Shown here one piece after another: positions 37,923 to 48,069 of a stretch of 64,000 bases of DNA. Numbering within the stretch: position 1 is the first letter of the stretch; the number at the start of each line of letters is the position of its first letter. The position numbers were made by a program, and so were the translations under genes. The notes beneath the pieces are model-generated. The model made no database searches, was not told the origin of the DNA, and saw only the letters and a list, made by a program, of their open reading frames with translations. This DNA comes from a virus, in the IMG/VR virus record IMGVR_UViG_3300047491_001507; one strand, given 5' to 3'.

Positions 37923-38666
37923 TTGTGTTTTGCAATAAATACTATACTTGCTGGAGTTAATATGATATCAAATTTTACGGAATGGGTCAATGTCAAAACA
38001 GGGATAAAATTAGAAAACGAAGAGTATAATAAAGAAGTCGTTTCTAATTATCTGAGAAACAAAATCTATTATGGAAAATTTGATATCAAACCAGAAATTG
38101 GAGACATTGTAATTACTAATCCGGCAGTAGTTGTAGCAAATCTTAAAGCAGCCACAGAAGGTCGAGTTCTTTTGTCACAAACGCTCAATTTAACAGATGA
38201 ACGAATACATTTTGCTGTCGTGAAAAATATAGAAAATTTCATTCTAGCTCTTACTAAAGGGGGAAAGCCCATTAGTTTAGACTATGACGCATCAAAATAC
38301 CGACTTGTTACTCCCTTCTTTGGTCAATCTGGCAATAGCAGAATTCTTTTATTTTTTGCCGATAAAAAAACCAAAGCTTTTAAAGATTTTAATAACTGGA
38401 TTAATGAACAAGTGACACTTCAAAAAGGCGAAGATGAAAGGCAAAGACCAATAGTAAATAATCTTTCAGATATTTTGCCTCAAGATATGCCTCCCCTTCC
38501 TGATGAAAATGTCGCAAAGTCTCCTCCATTAAGCCTTATGAACAGAATGAGAACTCCTTTGTCGCCAGCAACAGTTCCTAGTTTAGATCAATTGGTTGGT
38601 CAACCTACAAGTGAACCACCTAAGGCAACACTGAGAGACAGAATACAACGTCGTTTCACAATATAA
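37923..38666 (+). CDS. hypothetical protein
   Basis: ORF track; possible internal start at MISNFTEWVN. Confidence 0.3.
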   Translation: MCFAINTILAGVNMISNFTEWVNVKTGIKLENEEYNKEVVSNYLRNKIYYGKFDIKPEIGDIVITNPAVVVANLKAATEGRVLLSQTLNLTDERIHFAVVKNIENFILALTKGGKPISLDYDASKYRLVTPFFGQSGNSRILLFFADKKTKAFKDFNNWINEQVTLQKGEDERQRPIVNNLSDILPQDMPPLPDENVAKSPPLSLMNRMRTPLSPATVPSLDQLVGQPTSEPPKATLRDRIQRRFTI

Positions 38667-38676
38667 AAGAGGAATC

Positions 38677-39378
38677 ATGAGAAATTTTATTGAATGGCTC
38701 ACAGAAATGAGCGATGGCAATGTCGGTGGAGATAACTTTTTCTGGGGCGATAATGGCTCTGGAGGCTCAACTGTGGCTGCTGGCGTTTTGATTTTGGCCG
38801 CTGATACTAAAAGAATTTGCCTAAATCACAGAAGTAATTATATCAACAATTGGATTGATGGCAAGAGCGTTGATAGAAGTTATGGAGCAGGATTGCATCA
38901 CTTAGATGATCCAGAATTTAATAATATGTACATGAAAGGATGCTGGGGAACAATTGGTGGAGCATTAGGTGGAAGAAATCCTTTAGAAGCCGCCAAAGAC
39001 GAAGTTGAAGAGGAAATAGGCTATGGCGGTCCTTGGTTGAAAATAGAAAAATCTATGACTTGGAACATTCCTGTTAAAGGCAAAAATATAAATTACCAAA
39101 ATTTCTTGGGCTTAGTTCCTAAAGAGAAAAGCGTAATGTTTAAACCCTCCCCAGGATCATCTTCTGGCTTGAGTCATGCAATGGAATCGTTGGGGATTGA
39201 TTGGGCTACTTTAGATGAAATCAAAGGCAAAAATGCATTTAAAGGAATTAGATTTCATGATGGATTGACCAAGCTTTTATCAAATCCGTCTGTAATTGCT
39301 CAAATTGAAAAAATGTTGGGTTTAAATAATCAAGATCAAGACATGCCTAACTCTCAACCTAATCAGCCTAGTATTTGA
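38677..39378 (+). CDS. Gly-rich protein with targeting-like N-terminus (MRNFIEWLTE) and a degenerate Nudix-like box
   Basis: GGRNPLEAAKDEVEEEIGY approximates G-x5-E-x7-REUxEExGU with wrong spacing, so weak. Confidence 0.35.
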   Translation: MRNFIEWLTEMSDGNVGGDNFFWGDNGSGGSTVAAGVLILAADTKRICLNHRSNYINNWIDGKSVDRSYGAGLHHLDDPEFNNMYMKGCWGTIGGALGGRNPLEAAKDEVEEEIGYGGPWLKIEKSMTWNIPVKGKNINYQNFLGLVPKEKSVMFKPSPGSSSGLSHAMESLGIDWATLDEIKGKNAFKGIRFHDGLTKLLSNPSVIAQIEKMLGLNNQDQDMPNSQPNQPSI

Positions 39379-39841
39379 ACATAAGCGACATTCCTGGCTG
39401 AGGCTGTTGTGGCTGAGGCTGTTGTTGTGGCTGAGGTTGAGGTTGTTGTGGCGTTGGCTTGAAGTCATTATCGCTAATGTTTCCAATTGCAGGAACTTGT
39501 AAATTATTTGTTTTTACCTTCAATTGACCAATAAGTTTTTGAGTTTCTCGTATTGCATTAGGTATCACTTCTTTTAAATCGCCTTTTTCTTCAATTGCCT
39601 TGGCGAGATAAACTCCAATTTTTCGCAATACAGGAAGATACGGTCTGGCTTCTTTTGACCATTGACTGTGTAAGATTTTCCTAATCTGATTCACAATTTC
39701 ATTAGCCAGTCTGTTTAGGTGTCTGCTTCCTAAATTCTCCATGTCTTTTTGAACATCTTCCATGCCAGATAATACATCATTAACTCGATGTCCCAAATGG
39801 CTTTTTTCTTCGTTGATTAAAAAGTTTTTGAAATTTTGCAT
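39368..39841 (-). CDS. protein with targeting-like N-terminus (MQNFKNFLINE) and PQ-rich C-terminus
   Basis: N-terminal motif; QPQPQPQQQPQPQQPQP tail. Confidence 0.35.
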   Translation of the reverse strand: MQNFKNFLINEEKSHLGHRVNDVLSGMEDVQKDMENLGSRHLNRLANEIVNQIRKILHSQWSKEARPYLPVLRKIGVYLAKAIEEKGDLKEVIPNAIRETQKLIGQLKVKTNNLQVPAIGNISDNDFKPTPQQPQPQPQQQPQPQQPQPGMSLMFKY

Positions 39842-39871
39842 AATGTATGTAGTTTTCTGGCTTTATCTTTT

Positions 39872-41479
39872 TCAAATCCCTGCAAACAATTGCCGTTCAA
39901 TTGCTGCTTGTATAAGCCCTGCAAACAAAGGACTTGCAGAATCCAAACGACTTTGGAACTCAGGATGAGCCTGCGTACACACAAAATAAGGATGTAAGTC
40001 CTTTTTCAATTCCATCATTTCGACCAATCCGCTTTGAGGATTACGCCCAGAAACAACAAAACCTTGCTCCTCATACCGTTCTGTATAATCATTATTGACC
40101 TCAAAACGGTGCCTGTGACGCTCACTGACGACCTTTTTCTTGTATAGGTCCTTGATGATGCTGTCCTTCACCAGTTCGCACTCGTAAGCTCCCAGACGCA
40201 TTGTGCCGGATCGCTTGATCTTATCGTTCTGTCCCTCTACATAATGAATAACTGGATTTTCACATGTAATATTAAATTCCTGACTGTTTGCGTCTTTAAT
40301 GCCTAAAACATTTCTAGCAAATTCAATAACGGCACACTGCAAGCCCAAACAAATGCCCAAAAATGGTATTTTTCTTTCTCTACACATCTTAATTGCTTGA
40401 ATTTTGCCTTCTACAGATCGGGAATCAAAACCTCCAGGCACAATCACGCCATCTACATTCAAATCCACCTGACCCTTTTCAAATAATTCAGCATTGATCC
40501 ATTCAATCTTTACCTTGGCATGGTTATGCACTCCAGCATGAAGAATCGCTTCCTTCAAACTGAGATATGCTTCGTCACAATTATCGTATTTGCCAACTAC
40601 ACCAATAGTTACATTGGCCAAATCATTGCCAAACACATATCGTTCTACTAATTCTCGATATTTGTGAATTCTGATGCCTCGTCGCTGAATGTGAAAACGA
40701 TCAACAATAAGATCGTCTACGTGTCTTTTGTAAAATTCAATGGGAACCTGATAAATTGTCTCTACATCAGGTGCCTCAAATACCCCAGAACGATGCACTC
40801 CGCTCATTTTGGAGATTTTATCCAAAATTTTCTCGGGAATTTCACGATCACAACGACACAGCAAAATTTCTGGTATTAATCCATCATGCCGTAATGCTCT
40901 GACAGCATTTTGTAATGGCTTTGTCTTGAATTCTTTTACCGTAGGATTCCAGATAACCGGAGCGACCATGATAATCAACACATCATCTGGATTTTTGTGT
41001 TTAAATTGACTGATGGATTCAAAAAATGCTGCACTTTCAAAATCCCCGACTGTTCCACCAATTTCTACAATTGTAATATCATGTCCTTGTGAAACTTCTA
41101 CTAATCTCTGTTCAATTTTGTTGATGACATGAGGTACAATTTGTACAGAAGACCCTAAATGTTTACCTTGCTCCTCTTCTTCTAGCAGTTCTTTGTACAA
41201 AATACCACTAGTAAAGATGTTTTGTTTACACATCTGAATACCAGTGATTCGTTCTATATGGCCAAGATCAAGATCCACTTCTGTGCCATCGTTGAGAATA
41301 AAGACTTCGCCATGTTCTTTTGGTGCTAGAGTTCCAGCATTTATGTTCAAATAAGGGTCACACTTGATGTATTGCATATCAAGTCCACGCATTTTAAGCA
41401 ATAAAGCTAAAGATGCTGCTCCAATGCCCTTACCTGTTCCACTATAAACGCCACCAACGATAATAACAAATTTACTCAT
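39872..41479 (-). CDS. pyrG: CTP synthase
   Basis: N-terminus MSKFVIIVGGVYSGTGKGIGAASLALLLKMRGL parallels PyrG; GATase catalytic GICLGLQ; GKYDNCDEAYLSLKEAI. Confidence 0.85.
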   Translation of the reverse strand: MSKFVIIVGGVYSGTGKGIGAASLALLLKMRGLDMQYIKCDPYLNINAGTLAPKEHGEVFILNDGTEVDLDLGHIERITGIQMCKQNIFTSGILYKELLEEEEQGKHLGSSVQIVPHVINKIEQRLVEVSQGHDITIVEIGGTVGDFESAAFFESISQFKHKNPDDVLIIMVAPVIWNPTVKEFKTKPLQNAVRALRHDGLIPEILLCRCDREIPEKILDKISKMSGVHRSGVFEAPDVETIYQVPIEFYKRHVDDLIVDRFHIQRRGIRIHKYRELVERYVFGNDLANVTIGVVGKYDNCDEAYLSLKEAILHAGVHNHAKVKIEWINAELFEKGQVDLNVDGVIVPGGFDSRSVEGKIQAIKMCRERKIPFLGICLGLQCAVIEFARNVLGIKDANSQEFNITCENPVIHYVEGQNDKIKRSGTMRLGAYECELVKDSIIKDLYKKKVVSERHRHRFEVNNDYTERYEEQGFVVSGRNPQSGLVEMMELKKDLHPYFVCTQAHPEFQSRLDSASPLFAGLIQAAIERQLFAGI

Positions 41480-41515
41480 GTCAAAGTCCTTTTAATGTAA
41501 TATAGCTAGTTTAGA

Positions 41516-41549
41516 AAAAATGCGTCACAAGAATTCTTGTGACGCATTT
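41516..41549 (-). terminator. rho-independent terminator after the RNR gene (minus strand)
   Basis: Palindrome aaatgcgtcacaagaattcttgtgacgcattt followed on the minus strand by ttttt. Confidence 0.5.
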
Positions 41550-41558
41550 AAAGAAACT

Positions 41559-43853
41559 TTATGCATAACTAACAGTACATGCTCCACCTGCACATGCAAT
41601 ATCTTGTGTAAATTCCACATTGTTCTGTTCTTCGATCATCAATGTGTAATCCACTTCCTTATATTCCCGCTTTAGAGCATTCCAATAGTGTAAATTATTG
41701 ATGTCTTTCAGGCAATAGGTCATTTGTTTGACATCACCACCAAAATAACGATCTGCAAATTGCTTGGCTCTACGAATCCAATCCGTCTGTGCCTCAAACT
41801 TTTTAGACTCTTCTTCGAAAATCTTACGATGCAAGAACAATATTACACTTTTATCTTCTTCATCATTATAATTGCATTCTGTTTCAAGTTCGGGTTTTTT
41901 AAGCTCCTCAAAACCCAACAATGTATTACATGCCTTCCACAAATCATTATCAAAAACATGCAAACCATCTACAATCAAACCACTAGCAAACATACTTCCA
42001 TCCCCATACATCTGTTGAATCTCTTTGGGAGTATAAATTGCCGTAAATGGAGCTTGTGGATAGTCTTTATCGCCTGTAATTGGCAGCAAACTAATACCAG
42101 TAAAACTTGAACGATTATCATAAATGTAATCAGTTACAGCATCCCATTCATCTGGTCTAACTGTAATCGTGTTAGATACATTGTGCATTAGCCAATCTTG
42201 AGTGCAACGTTCCTTTTTGGTTCCTGCTGCCACCCAATTATTCTGAGTTAATTTAACATGCTCCAATAAAGTCAAAGCATCAATATCATTCTTGGTTTTA
42301 GAGCCCTTAGGCACTTCAATACAAAATGAAAGAACTTCATCTGTCTTATTGGCAGACCAAACCGACTTCTCTACCGCCAAGGGATTAATTGACTTAAAAT
42401 ACTGTAGTGGTGGCTCCAAATGATTGCCCTGACTTCTACGAATGTAGCGATTGGCATGATGAGCATGAATTCCAGATGATGTGGAAAGTAAACAACTTGT
42501 AGTTCCACTTGGCTTTACACAAGTTGCTCTGGCACAAGGATTTATGCCGATTTTTGCAGCTATTTCTTCGTTGACTTTAAGAATGTATTTGGCGACTTTT
42601 CTTTGAGTTTCTGGATTGAACAGAATATCTGGGCTATCCATCATTCCGGTAATCGAAACACCCAATAAAGCTTCACGTTTGAGGATGTTTTCGGTGGTTT
42701 CGCCAAGATACCTCATGGTAGTGTAACCAGCTTGACATGTGCCAATAATGGCAGCGGCTTCAGCGGCAAGCATGAAATCGTCTTCAGTTTTGCATTTCTT
42801 ACCATTAATTTCACAGAGATTACAGAATTGGAAGCCTGATTTGCCAGTTTCGATATCCACAGGATACATGGAGATTTCACAACAGGGATTTACGATTAAT
42901 TCTGTACTATCGGAAAATACAAATCCTGGCTCTCCAAATTCCCTCACCGACTTCATTAATTTAATAAAATCTTCTTTACTAGTCTTATTTCGGATCAATA
43001 AAGCGGAATTATTGGAACGTCCTCGTTGTGGATTTTCAATAAACCAATTGCCCGTCTTAGCAGTTGCCATTTCCATATCATCTGGTGAAAATAATACAAT
43101 TGTAGCACTTCGACGGATACCTCCTGATAAAACCGCATCTGAGGCATGCATAATTGTGTCATAAGCATGAATCGGACGGAATTCTCTTTCTGCAATCGCT
43201 TTTTCTAATAAACTACGGATATTTTCGAGTGCGATTTCTAATGGCTTGTATCCTGGGGCTTTTCCACATCCCGATGACAATAGAGATCCTTCAGGACGAA
43301 TCTGGCTATAATCAAATTTGACGTTGGTATTGTAATACTTCTCAAAAATTGGTTCATCATCAAAATACGAACTTAACAACACGCCAAGGGAGTCTGCCCA
43401 ACCTTCGATACTATCTGGAATAACATAAATGCTATTGAATAATTTTTTGCCAGACAATCTAGCCGCAGAAAGAGGTGGTAATTTAGCAATATGATGCTTT
43501 TGAACAGATAATCCCACTCCACAACCACAAAGAAGCACCCAAAAACACTCTTGAAACGCTCTTAAGCGATCACAATATGTGGCTGAACAATTGTAGATGC
43601 GGCAATGTTTTTTCTCAATTGGTGAGCCACCATATTGTAAAGCTCGTTGCGATCCCAAAACCCTTCTCTGTCTGACCTGTTCAAATGACCAATCAATCTC
43701 TTTAGTAATCTGAGGATATCTATTCAAATGCATGTTTCTAACACGCTCTACCGCTTCTGACCACGTTTCTCGACGCTTTTTTTCAGGAAGATAACGGGCA
43801 TATTTAGATACAAATGTATAATCTTGTAACGCTTTCATCGACATTATAATCAC
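41559..43853 (-). CDS. ribonucleotide reductase catalytic subunit (probably class II, NrdJ-like)
   Basis: 764 aa; active-site-like VNPCCEISM and FCNLCEING (NPCGE / NxCxE thiyl-radical motifs); no NrdB-like small subunit in the window; class assignment tentative. Confidence 0.7.
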   Translation of the reverse strand: MIIMSMKALQDYTFVSKYARYLPEKKRRETWSEAVERVRNMHLNRYPQITKEIDWSFEQVRQRRVLGSQRALQYGGSPIEKKHCRIYNCSATYCDRLRAFQECFWVLLCGCGVGLSVQKHHIAKLPPLSAARLSGKKLFNSIYVIPDSIEGWADSLGVLLSSYFDDEPIFEKYYNTNVKFDYSQIRPEGSLLSSGCGKAPGYKPLEIALENIRSLLEKAIAEREFRPIHAYDTIMHASDAVLSGGIRRSATIVLFSPDDMEMATAKTGNWFIENPQRGRSNNSALLIRNKTSKEDFIKLMKSVREFGEPGFVFSDSTELIVNPCCEISMYPVDIETGKSGFQFCNLCEINGKKCKTEDDFMLAAEAAAIIGTCQAGYTTMRYLGETTENILKREALLGVSITGMMDSPDILFNPETQRKVAKYILKVNEEIAAKIGINPCARATCVKPSGTTSCLLSTSSGIHAHHANRYIRRSQGNHLEPPLQYFKSINPLAVEKSVWSANKTDEVLSFCIEVPKGSKTKNDIDALTLLEHVKLTQNNWVAAGTKKERCTQDWLMHNVSNTITVRPDEWDAVTDYIYDNRSSFTGISLLPITGDKDYPQAPFTAIYTPKEIQQMYGDGSMFASGLIVDGLHVFDNDLWKACNTLLGFEELKKPELETECNYNDEEDKSVILFLHRKIFEEESKKFEAQTDWIRRAKQFADRYFGGDVKQMTYCLKDINNLHYWNALKREYKEVDYTLMIEEQNNVEFTQDIACAGGACTVSYA

Positions 43854-43956
43854 CTTAACCTTTTAAAATATTTTTTTTGTGTAGTATAGGTAAACGTTAT
43901 CAATCAATTTTATTTCAAAGAAATTTAAAATTAATCTTAATAATCGTAACCCCTTA

Positions 43957-45966
43957 TCAGGTAACGAGTTGCGTCACATCGTTTTTCTTTCTTAATAAAA
44001 TAATTTCACAACCTTGAAGTAAAGTGAATAAGTTTTCATTATGTGTGGTGACGAAAACTTGACGTTCTTTAGCAAGCTCAAAAATCATGTTGTAAACGCC
44101 TGTTGTGCCTGCTTTGTCAATGCCTCCACCAGTAATTTCATCAAGAAAAACCAAACTAGGACAACTGCCTGAATTAAGCATCATAACATAGGCAAAAGCT
44201 TGAGAGATTGCAAGATTAATTCTTCGTCTTTCTCCGTTTGACATTGAGTAATAATAAGCAGAAGAGCCATTTCGACTTATAGTTTCTTCAAGTTGATTGT
44301 TGAAGGTTAATTCAATTCTTCCATCGATAAGATATTGCAGCCAATAGGCGACTCTAGAGTTTAAAGCAGGGATTATTTTTTCTACTACATATTTACGAAT
44401 TCCCTTATCGCTAAAAGCTTCGACCCAATAATCGTAATAGGGAATGTCGCTTTCTGTTACGTTGATTTCTTCACCTTTATTTTTTTTATTTAACTCTATG
44501 GTGTTTAAATCGTCCTTGGCTTGCTCAAGAATTTCTAGATAAGGAGAATTATCGATCTCTTTTTCTTTTTCTCCTAATTGTTTTTTAAGGTCTGTGATTT
44601 GCGACTCTAAGACTTGTTCCATCGCTTGAGAATCCGGCTTGGAAATGCCAGATAGCTTAGAAATCGTGTTTTGCATTGTTGCAATATTTCGGTCTGCTTC
44701 TTGTACACTTCTTTGAGCATCGGCAATTTTTTCACGAATTGTCGTGACCGATGATCCTTTTTTACCAAGATTTTGTTTTTCTAGTTCTATTAGGGTTTCT
44801 TTTTGTTTGATTTGAGATTGACATCCCTGAACAGAATTCAAACTATGGGTTAAAACGCTGCCAAAATTGTTCTTGTCAATAATGCCATGGCATGTTGGAC
44901 AACGACTGCCTTCTTTTAATGATTGCAGATCTTCGACTAAAGCACTGTGCTTTTTCAATTCCATCCTAAGAGAACTGGCAGCTAAATGAATTTCTTCAAT
45001 TTGGGTTGCGAGTTTTCTTTTGTCATTTTCACAAGTTTCCAGTTTTTCTGTGGCTAATTTAATCAGATCTCTAGTTTTTTTGCTTTTTTGCTGTGTTTGT
45101 TCGATCTTGGTATTTAGCTCTTGAATTTGTTGTTGTGCTTGTTGCCACTCCTCTAAACGACCAGAAATATCAATCTTGACCAATTCTTCTTGTTTTGCCT
45201 TGATTTTTTGAGTTAAATTAACAATTTCCTGATTTTTCGTTTGTTTCCATGTTAATTCCTGCTTGCATATTGTTGAAATACGACCCTTTGCAGTCTCGAC
45301 TTGATTCTGTAACTGCTGATATTCGGTTTTTTGCAGGCTTAATTTTTGTTTTATTTCTTTTAGTTTTTCTTTGGCATTTTCGTGGTATCCACGATATCGG
45401 TCTAATCCTAAAAGATTTTCGACAAATTCTCGTTTGCTAGGACCATCAGCTTCCAAAAAGGAATAAGTATCTCGATCATCAAAAATTGCAATATTACAGA
45501 AAGCTTGATGTGTTAATCCAATTTTTTGCTCAATCCATCGTTGTGTATCGGTCGATTTACCTTGGGTTTTTTCCGTTTTTTTACCCCAAATTGCTTCTGT
45601 GCTTTCCCAAACTTGCAACTTACTAGTTACAGAACTTCCAGTTTTGTTAAATGTTCGCAAAATCCGATAGTCGTCCCAACAAAGCTCTATTTCTCCTTTT
45701 TCAGCAGAAACATTGATAAAATGCCCGCCTTTGAGCTTGGTGGGGCTTTTCACTGTTTTGCCAAACAAACCAATAGAAATTAATTCTTGTAGAGAGGATT
45801 TTCCGGCTGCATTACTGGCTGGATCTTCGTCAGTCCCAGGATTGTCTAGATTTTCGCCTTTAATTTGAACGATGTTTCCATAATTTCTAAAATCTAGTTC
45901 GATTCCAGACTCACCGAAACAAAGAATATTTTTGGCACGAACATAATTAAACTTAAGATTTTTCAT
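43957..45966 (-). CDS. SbcC/Rad50-like ATPase (T4 gp46-type recombination/repair nuclease subunit)
   Basis: N-terminal Walker A NAAGKSS, long coiled coil with a CPTCHG zinc hook, C-terminal Walker B/D-loop LVFLDEITGGGID and VFVTTHN. Confidence 0.65.
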   Translation of the reverse strand: MKNLKFNYVRAKNILCFGESGIELDFRNYGNIVQIKGENLDNPGTDEDPASNAAGKSSLQELISIGLFGKTVKSPTKLKGGHFINVSAEKGEIELCWDDYRILRTFNKTGSSVTSKLQVWESTEAIWGKKTEKTQGKSTDTQRWIEQKIGLTHQAFCNIAIFDDRDTYSFLEADGPSKREFVENLLGLDRYRGYHENAKEKLKEIKQKLSLQKTEYQQLQNQVETAKGRISTICKQELTWKQTKNQEIVNLTQKIKAKQEELVKIDISGRLEEWQQAQQQIQELNTKIEQTQQKSKKTRDLIKLATEKLETCENDKRKLATQIEEIHLAASSLRMELKKHSALVEDLQSLKEGSRCPTCHGIIDKNNFGSVLTHSLNSVQGCQSQIKQKETLIELEKQNLGKKGSSVTTIREKIADAQRSVQEADRNIATMQNTISKLSGISKPDSQAMEQVLESQITDLKKQLGEKEKEIDNSPYLEILEQAKDDLNTIELNKKNKGEEINVTESDIPYYDYWVEAFSDKGIRKYVVEKIIPALNSRVAYWLQYLIDGRIELTFNNQLEETISRNGSSAYYYSMSNGERRRINLAISQAFAYVMMLNSGSCPSLVFLDEITGGGIDKAGTTGVYNMIFELAKERQVFVTTHNENLFTLLQGCEIILLRKKNDVTQLVT

Positions 45967-47035
45967 TTAAACATCCTTTTCCAATAGCGAACAATTTATT
46001 TTGATCTAATCCTTCAGGAATTCCTCGTTCCTTCATGTAAGTCGTCAAAACATCGGCTATATTCGTTAAAACGTTTTGTGCCTCATTCAACATGGCATGA
46101 CTTACTTCTTGAGTCTTTTTACTGTCAGTTTCTTTAATATCCAAACTTAATGGCGAAGAACTAGATGCAATTTGTCTTTTGAGATCCAAAATTGATTTAG
46201 ATCCAACATCATCCACCGATAATCTTACAAAATTGCCACTTAATTCATAGGCTTCATTTTCCACATCGGTAGGCGTTACAATTAAATGTTTGGGGCTGAA
46301 TTCATTTACAACATATTTTCGTTCTAAAGTTTCTAAGTCCAATATAGCAACATGTTTCTGTTGAAATGCTTCGCCAAAACTTAACTGAAGTGGAGATCCT
46401 ATATATTCAACTTTTGAATTCAAATTTTGAGCACCGTGGTAATGTCCTAGAAATACTCTTTTGTAATCCTTTAAAATGCCGATATCAACTGGCATCATCT
46501 CGTTGTCGTATTCTGTAATTACGTCTGACTTTACACCATAAAACGTGTTAGTCATTGCCCCGTTAATAGCAATATGGGCTAAAAGAACATCGCCTGCACC
46601 ATTGTGTTGTTGTGCTAAATCTGCTAATTCTTTAATTGGATTTTCGGTATGAGGCAACCAGTCGATAAGACAATCATCGAATTTTAGAGCTTTTGGCTTT
46701 TCGATAATATGAACGTTTTGGATGGCTGTAAATGGTTTGATGGAGTTAACATCCCATTTTTCTTTATGATACATATCGTGATTGCCTACCAATAAATATA
46801 CATCTATTTTTTTGTAGGCATACTTCATGAATACTTCAAAGGCTTTAAGATAATTTAGAACATCAATTTTGCTACGTTCATGAAATAAATCCCCAAGAAA
46901 GAAAATATATCTGCAATTATGGGATTTTGCGGTTTCAAAGATCCATTCCAGTGTTTTTACACAATCTTGCAGTCTGTCAATGCGATCTTTGTGAGCATGA
47001 AGATGTAAATCAGAAAATATTAATGCTTTAGACAT
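45953..47035 (-). CDS. SbcD/Mre11-like nuclease (T4 gp47-type)
   Basis: Calcineurin-like phosphoesterase motifs FSDLHLHAH, FFLGDLFH, LVGNHD, GHYH; 14-nt overlap with the SbcC-like gene. Confidence 0.75.
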   Translation of the reverse strand: MSKALIFSDLHLHAHKDRIDRLQDCVKTLEWIFETAKSHNCRYIFFLGDLFHERSKIDVLNYLKAFEVFMKYAYKKIDVYLLVGNHDMYHKEKWDVNSIKPFTAIQNVHIIEKPKALKFDDCLIDWLPHTENPIKELADLAQQHNGAGDVLLAHIAINGAMTNTFYGVKSDVITEYDNEMMPVDIGILKDYKRVFLGHYHGAQNLNSKVEYIGSPLQLSFGEAFQQKHVAILDLETLERKYVVNEFSPKHLIVTPTDVENEAYELSGNFVRLSVDDVGSKSILDLKRQIASSSSPLSLDIKETDSKKTQEVSHAMLNEAQNVLTNIADVLTTYMKERGIPEGLDQNKLFAIGKGCLNEKS

Positions 47036-47088
47036 AGTTGCTTCCTTTAAGTAACATAAGATAGCAACTATTTTGCATTATGCAATGG

Positions 47089-47478
47089 TTATTGTGTCAA
47101 AAAAGGAGGTTGCGGCCCTGGAGGAATATTTCCAGTATTAGTGTTTAATGGAGGCATTTCAGGAGATGCGCCTTTTTTGTTATGCTTTTTGTTTTCTTTG
47201 TCTTTGTTATATTTTCTATCTAAAAAATCAAAAAAATCAATATCTTCATCATCTTTAGGTAAAGTTGGATTACCACCGACAGGAGGGCCTGGAGGAGCCC
47301 CTAAGCCACCACCTAAATCTGGAGGTCCACCTAAGCCAGGAGGAGGGCCTGGAGGAGCAGCACCGGCACCGCCACCTAAATCTGGTCCACCGAGCCCTGG
47401 AGGTCCACCAGGAGGAGCGGCTCCTCCCATTCCCATTTCAGGACCTTGTTCATTAATGATAAAGTGCTTAAATCGCAT
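47089..47478 (-). CDS. Pro/Gly-rich low-complexity protein with targeting-like N-terminus (MRFKHFIINE)
   Basis: Repeated PPGLGGP(P)DLGGG units; local GC-rich island in an AT-rich genome; CTAAATA 4 nt upstream. Confidence 0.4.
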   Translation of the reverse strand: MRFKHFIINEQGPEMGMGGAAPPGGPPGLGGPDLGGGAGAAPPGPPPGLGGPPDLGGGLGAPPGPPVGGNPTLPKDDEDIDFFDFLDRKYNKDKENKKHNKKGASPEMPPLNTNTGNIPPGPQPPFLTQ

Positions 47479-47482
47479 ATCT

Positions 47483-47489
47483 TATTTAG
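47483..47489 (-). promoter_or_regulatory. CTAAATA motif (minus strand) 4 nt upstream of the 47478 start
   Basis: gaactaaataagaATGcga on the minus strand. Confidence 0.3.
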
Positions 47490-47595
47490 TTCATTGGCTG
47501 CAAATCTTTTGACTAAAAAATTAGAACTTATTGCTCTTGCTTTAAAATGTTTAATAGGATAAGATTCAGAGATCTTATTCACCAAGGAGACATAC

Positions 47596-48069
47596 ATGGC
47601 TAAAGCTACGTTTTGGAAAGCAAAGGAAGTTGAAGAAGTTGCAGTAAATTTGATCGAAAAATACCATCAGCATTTATTGGATTTCAATGTCAGAATAGAA
47701 TATATGTTTACTGACAAAACCCCGAAGAACAATGGAAAAGAAGTTTGGGGTTGTTGTCGTAAAGTCTCATCTCTTAACGCATATCTTGCTAAAGACAATG
47801 TAGATGGAGATCCATTCTTTGTTATTGTAATCAGTAAAGATATCTGGGATATACTTCCTGCTGAAAAACGAGAAGCTTTAATAGACCATGAATTGTGCCA
47901 TGCTTTAGCCGAAGCTAATCAAAAAGAAGACGAAGATGATGCCGAACCGGTGAAATTGTCAATTCGTCCTCATGATTTGGAAGAATTTGCCTGCATTGTA
48001 CGCAGACATGGCACTTGGAAAAATGATATCGAAGACTTTATTAAAGCAAGTCGAGAAAAAATTTCATAA
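47596..48069 (+). CDS. hypothetical protein with HExxH (HELCH) motif; possible zinc metallopeptidase-like
   Basis: REALIDHELCHALAEA; SD aaggaga upstream. Confidence 0.3.
   Translation: MAKATFWKAKEVEEVAVNLIEKYHQHLLDFNVRIEYMFTDKTPKNNGKEVWGCCRKVSSLNAYLAKDNVDGDPFFVIVISKDIWDILPAEKREALIDHELCHALAEANQKEDEDDAEPVKLSIRPHDLEEFACIVRRHGTWKNDIEDFIKASREKIS

Noticed and set aside
47141-47512. Plus-strand ORFs (47141..47512, 47265..47456) opposite the Pro/Gly-rich gene
   Set aside because: Mirror-image low-complexity translation of the GC-rich repeat. The minus-strand ORF has a proper start, the shared N-terminal motif and the upstream CTAAATA, so the antisense ORFs are artefacts.
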